The translations under genes were made by a program, and so were the position numbers. Positions 17,687 to 29,832 of a DNA stretch of 64,000 nt are shown piece after piece. Positions within the stretch are counted from its first letter, which is position 1, and each line of letters begins with the position of its first letter. Source of the stretch: Ramazzottius varieornatus (taxonomy: Eukaryota > Animalia > Tardigrada); contig BDGG01000013.1 in NCBI GenBank assembly GCA_001949185.1, positions 124,001-188,000 of the forward strand. Reading direction: 5' to 3'. The notes under the pieces are model-generated. The model made no database searches. It was not told where the DNA came from and saw only the letters and a program-made list of their open reading frames with translations.

Positions 17687-18329
17687 CTATCACGTGCACC
17701 GACACTATTTATTCGTAATTCACACAGTTCGTGACACGAGATTAATCATCATTAATCAAAAGCATCTTTTGACAAACCTCTCTAACTACGGCGTGTATCC
17801 GCTGCAGTCAACCAAGGGTGAAACGTCTTCGCAATGGGGGGAAGCTGAGCTGTCCGAATCGCTGCTGAATCAGGGCTGATGAATGATGGCGGGAGAAGAG
17901 ATCTTGTACTAGAATCGGTGGGATAGCTGGCACTACCCGTCACCGGTTTCTTATTCTGGTAGAAGCTGGCGTCAGACTGGTCTTGCAGAAAATAGCATTT
18001 CTCCTCCTAAGGCCTTTTCCAGCGCTACTGTGAATTCTTCGCCTAACACGTATGGATTCCTGACTTGGTGCCGAGCGACCACGTGGGAAGTTATCGACTA
18101 TCAGCTGTCCCTGCACTTATCTTATCCTTGTCGAAAACTGATTGTATCGCTCTAGGCACTACGACTATGGGCGGAAACACAGATACGAATACGAATAGTA
18201 TACGAGTAATATTGTAGCTGCAGGAATGATACGGATTCTGGAAGAACTCGAGGATTAGTACAGTGAGAGGTGGTACTGTGCAAACACGAGTCGGGGACCG
18301 AAAATCTGACTAGACTATGTGGCCTAGGA

Positions 18330-18678
18330 TAGAGCACTGGGCCGCAGGTTCAAAATTATGCAGCAACTGTGCTGCGCACACTACCAGGTCGCTGTACGCT
18401 GATGTACCGACTTATGTTATAGTATCGTCGGCAAAATGGGTAGTCCACCGCGAAAACGTGGCCATACGGTACGGCAAACTCAGATGCCTGAAACTCGAAT
18501 ACCCAAAAGTACCAATTTTTGTTAACTGTCGGTCCGTGGATCTGCGCGGCAGTCTTCGGCTTCCTGCTGCATGCTGTGCTGTGCTGCACAAATTTCGTCG
18601 ATTTCCGTGCTGTAGCTGTGCTGCAGCACAGCACAGCTGCAGTGCAGTGAAGCGCATGCGGCCAGATTCCGTGCTCTA
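18330..18678. mobile_element. Non-autonomous hAT-type element with 8-bp TSD
   Basis: TIRs TAGAGCAC...GTGCTCTA are flanked by a perfect direct repeat GCCTAGGA (18322-18329, 18679-18686). Subterminal TGTGCTG/CAGCACA repeats. An 8-bp TSD is typical of hAT elements. Confidence 0.8.
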
Positions 18679-18706
18679 GCCTAGGAAGCTTCAAAAATCA
18701 AAACAA

Positions 18707-18891
18707 TATAGAGATTGCAAGCGAAAGCGCACTAGCAGAATTCGATACGCACACGGACATCGTGACGTTCAATGTAAACATTGTGCGACTCTTTTGACAC
18801 AGAGCCTACGAGATGAACTGTTCCTAGGATGTCAGGATGTTCCTGTGCATATCCGAATTGTGCTAGTGCGCTTTCGCTCGCAATCTATATA
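18707..18891. mobile_element. TA-flanked MITE
   Basis: TATAGAGATTGCAAGCGAAAGCGCACTAGCA is mirrored by TGCTAGTGCGCTTTCGCTCGCAATCTATATA. Confidence 0.75.
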
Positions 18892-21759
18892 ATCTCATGG
18901 ACCAGCTTGGGGCCCCCTCATATACTAGGACCCAGTTGAGTCGGGATGCAGCCTGCCGGCGACAGATGCAGGGCTAGGCTAGCAAGCCAGTCTGGGGTGG
19001 GAAACGATATAGCCTATATCAAACTTTCCTCTACACTTGATTGACTGATTGCTTTTTCACTTGAGGCAGGACATGTAATGGCTGTGAATATTTCTAATTA
19101 TTGGTATAATTTATTAGTTCTTTCAAAATCCTGGAGTTAACGCAATTTATTTCCTTCAACTGAGCCAGCAATGACATAATGTCGGGCAGTTTCAACGAAG
19201 TGAAACAAAACGCCTCCCAAACACCATGAGATTAACGTAAAGTATTACATCACGATATGCAACCTCCTTTCTGCTTCAAGCACAGCCATAGCTTTGTTCC
19301 CTTCTGAAGTAAATGCAGGAAGTGCACTCCTCATTCGCTTCTCTCCTCCTGTTGAGCGCTAGTTTTGGAAGCGTTCAGAAAATAGCGAAACTCCAGAAAG
19401 CGACATGGTTTTGCGTAGTTGCTGCAGATGAAACTTTCCCCCATTGGGATCAGGTGTAGAAGAGATATCTTGACATAGATTAGAAGTGTGCGAACGCGAA
19501 ACCAGGAAGTGAAACGATCAGCGGTGTATCATAGTGCAAATTTTTGGGGTAACTCAAAGGTAGCCATAATTTTGTATAGACGATCTAATCATAAAACTTT
19601 GAAGGGGTCGCCGCACGGCGGGCGTTGTGGCGGTTTTCCCAGATTTACTGGACGAAAAAGGAATCAAATAATGGATGCTTCACACAGTCAGCCAGTCCAA
19701 AGTCAACACTGGTTGTATAGTGCACTGTTTGACCAAGTGGTACAATCCACGGTTCAGACGCGTTTTTGAAGCTACATGACGAACTGCTCTGTGGCGAAAG
19801 CACAGGAAAAACTAACGGCCGCAAGACCAGTTGATAACAAGGTTAATTATGACTTTGTTCCGTGCTTTTGTACACCAGCCGAACCTGAATATTGACATAA
19901 AATGGTATGATGGGTCTATGCTAATTTGGATCTTGTGGACTGAGAGACTCGACGTCGCGTCAGTATTGTATCGAATACTCTGATGCGATCAATAAATGGA
20001 AGTCGAGGCACAAAGCTGTGATACGTATAGTTACTTGCTTGCAATAGTGCGTATCGTCCTACGATGGACCTTGTCTGATGACTGCTGAACAGAAATAAGA
20101 CTACCGAAATACTGCGAACGTGTTTGCGTAATCCGTGCAATGAATATTTTAAAAGGATTTACTATTCTTGAGTCGCCGCGGGTTACTGTACAGTGTTCAA
20201 AATGCATCCCTACCGGCTCAAAATTTGGAATAGTATATTGGTTGACAAGCAAGAGTGCCAGACAAGCAAGCTGTGGTTTTGTGGATACAACTGCCAAGTG
20301 AGTTTCCGAGCTGGTATGGATACGTTTATACCCTGCAGCACCGCTGTAGGTAATTTCAGTAACGGCGAACGTCGAACTGATTTCTTCTTTCATTTTCGTT
20401 GTACTGTTGCCATAGAGTGCTCCTCCTAGCAGGCCAGGATTGCACTGGCTAGCGGTGTGGGGCCGAGATTGGAGGGGATGCTACTCCATAGGGTACATTG
20501 GTACAAAATGAGGTGGTTATCCAGGGACGCTTGAAACAGAAACCAGGAACGCTTAAAACCTGTGATTCCCGGGTTTGATGTCACGGAAAACCGGTAACTC
20601 CACCCTGACCCTTGCTCCCAGCTTTCCATCCTGGCGTTCCCACCCTGTTCTTCCAGGATGGGAATTTCCGCCTCTTGTATATCAGAGCCATCTAGGGTGG
20701 TCGTTTTTCCGCCATTTCCGGTGCTAGCCGTTCCGTGGACAGATGGGCAACTGGCAGAGTAGATCAGTAAAGGCGCGACCAGATGGCGTCATATGGAGCG
20801 GGGCATGAAATTAGAAAACATTCGTAGACTTCGTTTCACGAAATCCATACTTTTGGCCGTCGCGGGTAGGAAATGTGCAAGTGCACTTCCGGCCTCGAAA
20901 CCCGTTCTGCGTACTTATTTGTCTGTCATGTGGGTCATCTGGTGGCGGAAAGGATCGGAGCTTGGAGGGTACTTCTCGGCGACTTCACCCCGTCTCAGTC
21001 GCGCAATTAAAAGTGAAGACACTACTGCAGTGACATCACATTTCAATAGAATGAGGCGGGTGCAAGCGGAGCCACTGGATGTGGAACGTCAAACGGTCCG
21101 CCTTCCGTCCTATCACAAGGCCCAACGAGTCCCGAGTCATTTCTGGACTTCCGGGATACTTCGGTAAGAAACGGCTGATGTCAATCGATCCCCATGATAC
21201 ACAAACGTGGTCGCACAGAAGATCTGAGCGTGATCGGATTCCTATCCGAACTTTGGGGAGACACTTCAAAAGTATGGGGTTCGTGCAACGGAGCTCAAAT
21301 GACCAATCAGCGAACCGGCTTTCTGACTTGGACAATCCTGATTGGCCGACTCCAGATAATTTTTTCTTTGTTCCCGCTCCATAGTTTCCAAACTAGCCCC
21401 GCCTTACTGATCTACTCTGCCAGTTGCCCAGATGATTTCATAGAGATACCCAAGGGGACTTTGAATCGCAAACTCATCAGAGGAAGCTCGAGCTCCAGAC
21501 AGCACGATCCTTTTTCAGGATTATTCCCCGACTTTTTTTCTGGTTTTTCCAATTTTTTAGTTTTTGCTGAATCATGACTTTGCGTTTGATCAATCAAAAT
21601 CGTACGAATCAACTGCCGAGAACAGCTAATTGATTGCCATAGAATTGATTACTCTCAGGACGCTGCCGGTCGGACAATGGTACGATGGGCAGCGACGCGG
21701 CTGGGTAACTAGGTAGGAAAGTAGATGATCGTTCAATGGTAAAATCGCCAGGGTGGGTG

Positions 21760-21955
21760 GGTAGGTTGGTTGACCAGTAGTGGTCGACCATTGATCTTGG
21801 TAGCTTGACCACTAGTGGCTATCCATTGGTCCTGCTGTCTTGACCACTGGAGGTTGACCATTGGTCTTTCTAGGTTGAACACTAGGGGTCGGGCATTGGT
21901 TTTGCTATGTTTGACCACCGATACTAGCCATTGGCATTGATAGGTTGACCGCCCA
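21760..21955. repeat. Degenerate short-period repeat (GGTTGACCA[T/C]TG units)
   Basis: About 7 recurrences of GTTGACCA/GTCGACCA/CTTGACCA within ~200 bp. Confidence 0.5.
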
Positions 21956-22687
21956 ATCGCAGCTGGTTTTATTGGCTCGTCCTTTGTCTGTTGGTCAATG
22001 GGTGTGGTAACCGATCTGGGCTTTCTATTACGTCAGATGTGAATGAACCTTGGTTCCCATCCCTTGATCTTTCCGCCATAGGCTCAGGCTTGCCATAGTT
22101 TCCCCAATTTAAGGGCTTTAGAATGCCTGAACAGCTTTCTACGATGACTCAAGTGGTCTATGATTCATTCTAAAGCTCCGCTGGAAGGCCATCCTTTTGG
22201 GCGGAGCTCTCGCAAAAGAACTGAAGGCCAGTGAAGGGACGGCTCGCTTCTTCCATTGGCAAAGTGGACGACACTGACACGTGTACGAGTACAAGGAAGG
22301 GCTTCTAGGCTCGCTATTCGTGTTCTCGTCCCTGCGCATTGTCGGGTTCGAGGTTTCTGTCTTACTGCTAGTCGGATTATCCGCCTGTATGAAACTTCCC
22401 AACCAGGGACCAGGTGATTCTGAATCCAGAAACGAACCGTTTTCGCGTTACAGCAGCAGTCGAAGGTTTCAAACGGAAGCAAAAGATAACCGCTCTGGCT
22501 TCCACTAGTCAGGTTACATTCACAACTGAACGTACGATGAGTGAACAAGCAGCGAGCGACTACTCACAAATCAAAATGGTTATCAAGTTCGTATTGGTAA
22601 AAAAGTGGAAATAAACAAAACGGTCTTCCATCCAGTCCGCGAGAAGAAAACATCAACCATTCCTATTTGTTAAGAGGACAAACTTCC

Positions 22688-25091
22688 TCATTCGCTTTCT
22701 TCCGCATTCTCTTCGGCAGGCGAAGCATCCGAGCTGACATTCGAATCTTCGTTCTCCCCATTATTCACTTCTGCTTCCTCTTCGTCTTCCTCATCTTCCA
22801 CCGGTTTCTCGGCAGCTTCCTCCTCTTCTTTTTCTTCGCTGGCTTCTTTGGGTTTCTTCAGGATGCTTTCCTCTTCTGGGGCGACTTCCGCCTCTTCCGC
22901 CGTCCGCTTGTTGTCCGCCTTGGGCTTGCGCTTTCGTCGACCTCGGCTGCTCTTGGCACTACGGCAAGCCGGGCAAATCATTCCTTTCCATGCCTTGCCG
23001 TTCCATTCTTTGGGCAGTGCCACCATGCAGGCGTCGCGGTAGTTGTCTTCCCTGGCTGGCGGTCCGTCATCCGTCGTCTTGCATATCTTCCTTTTTTCCA
23101 CGGCCTTCAGGACCTTCTCCACGTCATGGATACACCTTACTTCTTCCTGCAAGAGACAGGAAAGAATAAGATGAGAGCGGCGGAAGGAAAGCAACAGGTT
23201 TAAGAAAACTACATCGCCAACCGTCGTATTTCAGTTTACCAAATCAGCGAGACCAATCAACTCGTGATAATCGTTTAACATATCGTTTAACATATCAGGT
23301 GGAGTTGGGCTGTGCGCAGTGCATGCACGTGCAAGTCGCGCCTACGCTAAAGCAATCCTGCGCTGGTGCAACGGTGTGCAATTCCTCGCCAATGAGATTT
23401 CCAATTTATTAAACCGTTGGGATTTGCGACACCAAGGACGTATTAAAGGGGTGGGGGAGCAACCCTGCAATTGCGGATCTGCAATTTTTTAAGACGGTTT
23501 TTGAGAAAGTTGCAGATCTGCAACTCCGAAGAAAGTCGTTTTCAGAAACTGCGGATCTGCAAAGTTTGCGATAGCGTTCCGCCAACCTCAATACGTCCTT
23601 GTGCGACACTGATGAGCTGCTCGCGTTCCCGGAGAGTGGGATACATGTTTCAGCGGTTGATTGATTGTGCTATGCGAATATCAAGGCGGAGCGAATACTC
23701 GTTACGTCATCGACCATACAACCAAAACAAAAGAAAACTGTAGCTCCAATAACATCAGAGGATTTTTTTGCAAAAAGGCAGATCACGACTTGGTTCCCCG
23801 ACCTTCGGTGTAACTGCTGATGGATGTTTTCAGGTGCCGACATTGTTTTCAGCACGCAAAGTACTGCAGCTCTACAGTAATTTGCGATACATTCAAGATG
23901 TCCTGATGATGGACAGTGGACAAACCTTGAAATTCACATTTTCCTCGTCCTCAATCTCGCAAGGGACGTTGCGCATGTGGACACGAGGCTGGAGATCCGC
24001 TGAGAATGAGACTGATCTGATAGTTCGACCAGAGTCTTCGAGACACTGGAACACAATCTGGTACTGAAGTTTTGTCAGGTCTGTAGCGTACCAGAATGGT
24101 GAGGGCAGTCTGATTCTCGCTATATCTTCTTTCAGATCCTTGATATGTAGCCAGCGTAGGACGCAGCCACAAGGTCTCGGCTTGAAGCCCTCAACTCTGG
24201 CCAGCAGAATCTGCAGGTCGTCTTTCGAATGGACCAGCGTCTGTTCTTTGGGTGACTGGCTGTTGGCGATGGAGATGGTGGCCAACAGGCTAGCTGCAAA
24301 GGAGACGGACTTGACAGATTTGCCGTTCTCCACACATTCGAAGGAGACCTTGGGTGGATTCATCTGAGGGAAATCCATCTTAAGCCACTTGTTGTTTGGG
24401 ACTTTGACGGTGCGCAGGACGCGACGGAGATCCTCGAAAGACGACCATTCGTTGGTCGCACGTTGAATCTTGCCGGGAAGATTCGTCCCAGCGAAGGTAT
24501 ATTCATTCCCACCATGTCTTCCTGAAGTCCGAAGAGGAGTCTGCTTGATCTCTGGAGGAGAAAAGAAAACAAAATGAGAATCAATTAATCAAAGTTAAAA
24601 CTACAAAATCAAGAATCAACCCAAGTGGTAACTCGGTAGCATGCTGTATGACATGACACTGACAACACAACTCAACACACGTGTCAACAGCACCACAATA
24701 CACTGATGACGTCATGCCGAAAACTACAATCAGCCACAGGAAGGAATGTTAATTTATCTTATTACTGATGACGTCTAGAGTTAAATTATAGCATCTTACC
24801 AGCAAAAATCGGTTCGCCTGCTTCCGTCAAAGCTCGGATGGTTGGGATGGCGTTGGCTCGAAGTTTACGCTCCGGATACCCATAGTGGCAGCCAGCAGGA
24901 AAATGGAGCTGGCAGACGTAGAAGTCGCGTTCGGGGAAGACGGCTGCGGGATCGGGATCGCAGAAGCGCTTCCAGATGTTCCGAGTATACTCGTTCTGCT
25001 TGTCCGCATGGTGAAGCGTAATGGACGGGCAAGACTCTTCGTCCACGATACAGTCCTTCACCCAGCATCTCCTCTGCCCTGGTGCCGACAT
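22688..25091 (-). CDS. THAP zinc-finger protein (P-element/THAP-related), 3 exons (25091-24800, 24551-23938, 23146-22688)
   Basis: N-terminal C2CH THAP signature CWVKDC...W...VCQLHF...ANAIPTI. Phase-1 then phase-0 junctions keep frame. Two tandem ~105-aa repeats, a CxxC motif, basic RGRRKRKPK and an acidic tail. No DDE domain seen. Confidence 0.8.
23465..23570. repeat. Short near-palindromic array (TGCGGATCTGCAA x3) in THAP intron
   Basis: TTGCGGATCTGCAA, TTGCAGATCTGCAA and CTGCGGATCTGCAA at ~40-bp spacing. Confidence 0.55.
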
Positions 25092-25466
25092 CCTACAGAT
25101 TTGTCACACCTAAAGAAGTAGAGAAAATAAGGCAATGAGGACAAATGCCAGGGAGCGGAATGAAATGGCGCGGAGATGAGCAGCAGAGTTATGTTGAAAT
25201 TTCCAAGATGGCGTGTGACGTGAGTAACAGGATGACTTCACCAAGGGGTGCAATCACTGTGGTTGACGTCATTGTGCAAGTGTCACGTCACGTGTGACAA
25301 ACGGAGTACGTGGGTACGTACACTGTTTACCTTAATTTTTTGCGCAATTTCAGGTTTCATTTTCTCGACGAATAATTTGACTGCTCCGGAGTCCGGACGT
25401 CCGCCGATCTTGGTCTGCCGTTCTTCTTTTTCAATAGTTCTTCCTTGCTTCGCAGACTAGAGAAAC
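25092..25466. promoter_or_regulatory. Candidate bidirectional promoter between THAP and Tc1-DBD genes
   Basis: Divergent ATGs ~375 bp apart. Contains YY1-like CAAGATGGCG (25204), CRE TGACGTCA (25264) and CACGTG E-box (~25289). Confidence 0.5.
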
Positions 25467-26042
25467 ATGGGGAAGAGAGTGTCGACTGACCCGGAGACCG
25501 CCAAAGCTGTCCACTGCATGCGCAAGGAGAAGAAGACGTTTGCGCAGATTGGATCCCATTTTGGCCACACAGGCAGCTGGGCGAAATATGTCTGCAAGGC
25601 TTTCGACGCGACGACCGGTGGAGCTGTGAACAAACGCACGCCAGGACGTCCGAAGAAGCTGTCACTTGATCAAGAAGAAAGCATTCGCATGCTGGCGGAG
25701 AATATGCCTGAGGCCAGCAGCCTCCAGATAACGAACGCCTTACAGAAGCGCGGTTTGTATCCTTAATAGAGCTGCGCTATTGTTTTTCCTCGGGTGTGGT
25801 TATACTTGATATTGTTTTTCTTTCAGGAGTTCTTGACTGCAGCGCTCGGACAGTGAATAGATACCGTCAGCAGCAACTGGGGAAACCTCCTTCGCAGCCA
25901 AGAACCAAACGGAAGCCAGCCGTGGAAGCAGTCGCCCGCGGAAGTTCCTTGGTGGATATGTTATTAGATAGGCATGCGCAAATCGCTGCGAGCGCTCGTT
26001 TCCCTGCTGCATCTTCACGCCTCAGCTGCCTGATTTCTCCAG
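25467..26042 (+). CDS. Tc1/mariner transposase-derived paired-like DNA-binding domain, spliced (25467-25752, 25827-26042); 3' partner uncertain
   Basis: HTH1 (KTFAQIGSHFGHTGSWAKYV), GRPKK linker, HTH2 (ASSLQITNALQKRG|VLDCSARTVNRY). Has a GT-AG intron and no TIRs or DDE domain. Exon 2 ends at a phase-1 donor CCAG|gtatga. Confidence 0.7.
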
Positions 26043-26551
26043 GTATGAAGAGCGCACAAATTCTCGAGACTTTCACAAAGTTTCAACATGGACCACGATC
26101 TGGAGCCCAGCAAACAAACTCGACCAGATCGTGTTTTCAAGTGGAGCATGCTGCGGGCAGCATGCTCCCAGGAACACTGAAAACATGCGTCGCTCGGGAA
26201 AGCAATCCTGCCGAGTTTTCCGAGTGGCGCACGTTTCCAGATATCAACATTGAAAACTTGCACCACTTGAAAATATGATTTTGTCGAATTTGTCGATGCA
26301 ATATTTTGTAGGGCAGTTGTTCTGATCTGATCGACACAGCAGATTAATCTTGTCTTGGTCGAAAGTCGTGCTGTGTCTGGGGTGAAGTAGTAAATGCATC
26401 GGCAACAGAATGCCAATAGAGCTGTAATCTATAACATGATTTCCGGTGGTGATAACTCAGTGAGGAATTCTCGCGTTTTACTGCTTTTTCGACTTTCGTA
26501 TGCTCATCGACTTAATTATATTACAGTTTCACGGGCTTTACGGAAGAGCTT

Positions 26552-27541
26552 ATGGGTATGAAAACAGCGTCTTTAGCGAAGATGGATAGCATAATTATTA
26601 AATGGCAACAATCACATTATTACCCGAACATCCGTTCTGCATGGCGTTTCTTATTTCCAGAGTCTTCGGAAAGCGTCACTCTCTACGGATGGTTTCGCAG
26701 TTCCTGTTCCTGGAGAGTACGCATTGCTCTAGCTTGGAAAGGAATCAAATACGAGAATATCCCTGTCAGTCTACAAAAGGGTCAGCAACACAGTCAGGAA
26801 TTCTTAGCCAAGAACCCTCTTGGACAAGTTCCGGCTCTGTGCATCGACGGCTTCGTCTTGACGCAGTCCGTTGCCATCCTCGAATACCTCGAAGAGACTC
26901 GTCCTAACAACCCTCTGCTTCCCAAAGAACCTAAAAGTCGAGCTCAGGTCCGGCGTATCGTCGAAACCATCGTCTCAGGTAACTGTGAAAAATCGAAATT
27001 GAGTTTACCAGGAAAAAATCAGCCCGTGTGATACTACGATTGGATCAAGGCCGTGCTCAAGGTCAGTTCTGGGTCAGCCCTGTTATGATTTGGTCCGGGC
27101 ACGGCCTTATTCTGATTGGGATTGTTGAGGACACGGCCTTGACTAAGCGCAACTCAACTTCCGGTTTCGACCGTTGCAGGTATTCAGCCTCATCAGAACC
27201 TGCCCGGCCTGGACATTCCACCCGGAACTCCGGACGAATGGAAGTTAGCTTGGTCGAAAGAGTGGGCTCAGATGCACATCAAGAAGGGCTTCGCGGCCTT
27301 GGAGCAGATGCTGAAGGAAAGTCCAGGGAAGTACTGCGTGGGTGACCAGGTATCGCTGGCTGACGTCTGCTTGCTTCCTCAAGTATATAACGCCAAGATG
27401 CTCCACGTAGACCTGACCCCTTATCCCAACATCGTCAGGAACAATGAAGAATTGATAAAGCTCGAAGCTTTCAAGTCGTCGCACCCTCGAAGTCAACCTG
27501 ACTGGGTCGACGAAGGCCACGGCATCAACCAGGAAGTTTGA
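26552..27541 (+). CDS. GSTZ1: Glutathione S-transferase zeta / maleylacetoacetate isomerase (exons 26552-26555?, 26661-26978, 27180-27541)
   Basis: [21 protein letters not shown] (zeta-class SSC motif), [53 protein letters not shown] and HPRSQPD. First exon is ambiguous. Confidence 0.92.
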
Positions 27542-27817
27542 GTTTTGATACCGAGGTGTTTTTCTCTCCTATATCTTTTCAGAACTTAGCGGTCGGCCAA
27601 CTGCATGTTTCACTGGAATATCTCATTTGGTTCTCTTTTTGCGGTTCACAATCTAACACAGACCTACAGACGAAATGTCACCGAGATCCATCATCTAGCG
27701 TACGAAAGTCGATCCAACGAAAAAGCCTCAGATCAAATAAGCGGTCAACAACAGTGCAACTGTGTAATTCGAAGTCGCCCTGTTGGAGGGACGGTAGATC
27801 GCGTCAAAAGTTGTCTA

Positions 27818-28783
27818 CTATCGAGGAACTTGCTGAGGGTATTTTTGCATCACTTTCGCCCATATTTTCCGCTGATTCTGTAGGGTGTGCGCATGAGCAG
27901 CAACAAACTCCATCGGTCGCACGTATGAGGGTAGCCTCAATTTCCGGTTCTGCTCCATCAAAAGATAAGTCTCATGTAGGCGGGAAACTCCCATCTTCTC
28001 AGCCACGAAACCCGTTGCGAAAACGTCTTCCAGCGAAATATAGAACGCCTTGGGCGTTCCTTGAGCCAACAGCGATACTGCTGTCCATGTCATTATGCGC
28101 ATAGGTCCGGCACAAAAGGGCGGAAATGTCCTATTCGGATACAGGAAAGCGGAACAAGCCATTTACTCTTTTTATCCCGATGAACGTAATCGTTCACGCA
28201 TCGTTTACAAAATAGCATTGGCTTCGTGGAGTCTTTCAAGTGGTTTCGCAGAGTGTCCCTTAAGAGCCAAGGTTTGATGATGAGGTCGTCGTCAGCCTTC
28301 ACAACGAACGTCGCTTCTGGACAGCAAGTTGAAGCCCAGTACAGAGCGGCAATTTCCTTGAAAGTAAGGTTTTTGTACGAGTCCTTAAAATCGGCTTGGA
28401 CGATGTCGTGGAAGGTTCGGCTTTCATTGTCGACCTGCGTCTGGATTGCGGTACTGTCAGGATGGCCAAGGATGAGTACTGTGGTGAAATCGTACTGTAG
28501 TTTAGAAATGAGAATCGGCCCAGGTCTGACCAAGGAAAGCACGTCGGTCAGCGTTGGCTGGAGAACTGTGAATGTATATGAGGAAGTTCAGGTGGATGGA
28601 GAAACTGGCGTTGATGTTGGAGCAAATGACGGGTTCGTTGATCAGGAAAATAGGTTTGTAAGGCCAACCGGAAGTCACGTTGGTAGAAACTTCGGATGTG
28701 GGCAGCAGAAGTATCCGAATACCGAGGAGAAGTAGAAATCCGAACATCAGGAAAAAGGCAACTGTCCATCGTGGGCGTGGCAC
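27818..28783 (-). pseudogene. Beta-1,3-galactosyltransferase (GT31) with two apparent frameshifts
   Basis: Type-II TM anchor, IHSSPANADRRAFLGQTW, DIVQADFKDSYKNLTFK, FVVKADDD, KWLV..YPNRTFPPFCAG and LEDVFATG are spread over three overlapping frames (shifts near 28505 and 28145), with no room for introns. Confidence 0.75.
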
Positions 28784-29832
28784 AGAGGTGGCATCAAAAT
28801 TTAGGACGAATACCTTGTACTACAGAAGCTTTGGTCATACGTGTATCAAACGATACCTCCTAAATATTTGCAACATTCAGCTCAGAGTATCTAGAGTGTG
28901 AGATGATGTGTTTCACTACACCACGGTCCACGTACAGTAGCAAAGGGTCAATTCCCGACAGTGAGGAGAGTGTATTTGTTGTACACACAGACTATGATTT
29001 GCAATTACTGTATACTCTCTCGAAATTCACGTACGTCACTCCATTCAGAGTGTAAAACTAGACGGTAAGACCCCGATGATTTGAGAGTCAGTGACGTACG
29101 TGAATTTCGGAAGAGCATACAGTATATGGATCGTCCACATTTGTAACGCAGTAAAGATGCAACGACAGGCGGATATTGATTACAAATTATGCCCGTGCCG
29201 GACGCGGTATGCTTGCAGCGTTCAGGTATCGCCATTTTCACTGGACGAATACGACGAACTCGTAACTCGTCGAAGAGCATTCGTTCTCGAATTGTTCCAC
29301 AGACGTTCTTTCTTTAGATATGTCACACACCCCTGTCCGATACTGTGTCGATACAGTTGATGGAATGATGCTTTCAACCACTTTATATAGCGGGAACGCT
29401 ACAATGTTCGATATGGCAAGTTCGTACTTTCATGGCGCGCCGCAGGATTTCGAGAGTTTCAGATGAAGTACCAAATTTGCAGAGTGAAGTTTTTCAGCCG
29501 GCAAGTTGTCGCCGTCAGCGTATTGTGCAAAACACTTGCGCTGCGTCCCTTTTGGGGTGTTTTGAAATGTCTCAGCAGCTGGCTCGACAGTAGCAAGTTC
29601 AAGTACTCCACATGACCAAAACAGCCGCAGTTCTTCGCAGACAGTCTTTCTTCGGTTTTGAAACACTTTGCGTTGCGGACATTGTTTCAGCCTGGAGCGG
29701 AATTAGCTTCCTGCGCGGGTAAGTGCTTTTATTCATGGACCAAAAAGACGTTAGGAATTTCTATTAATTAAAGTATTAATGTTGTATGTAGTTGGGGGTT
29801 TCTTCAAACAATCCCGCAATAAGAGCTCGACA

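Noticed and set aside
19000-22600. Scattered 60-130 aa ORFs (likewise 33.5-37 kb and 50.2-53.3 kb)
   Set aside because: No domain signatures or coherent splice structure, so treated as non-coding or decayed repeats.
26043-26278. Read-through C-terminus of the Tc1-like ORF
   Set aside because: It is translated MITE sequence after a good splice donor, with no DDE residues.
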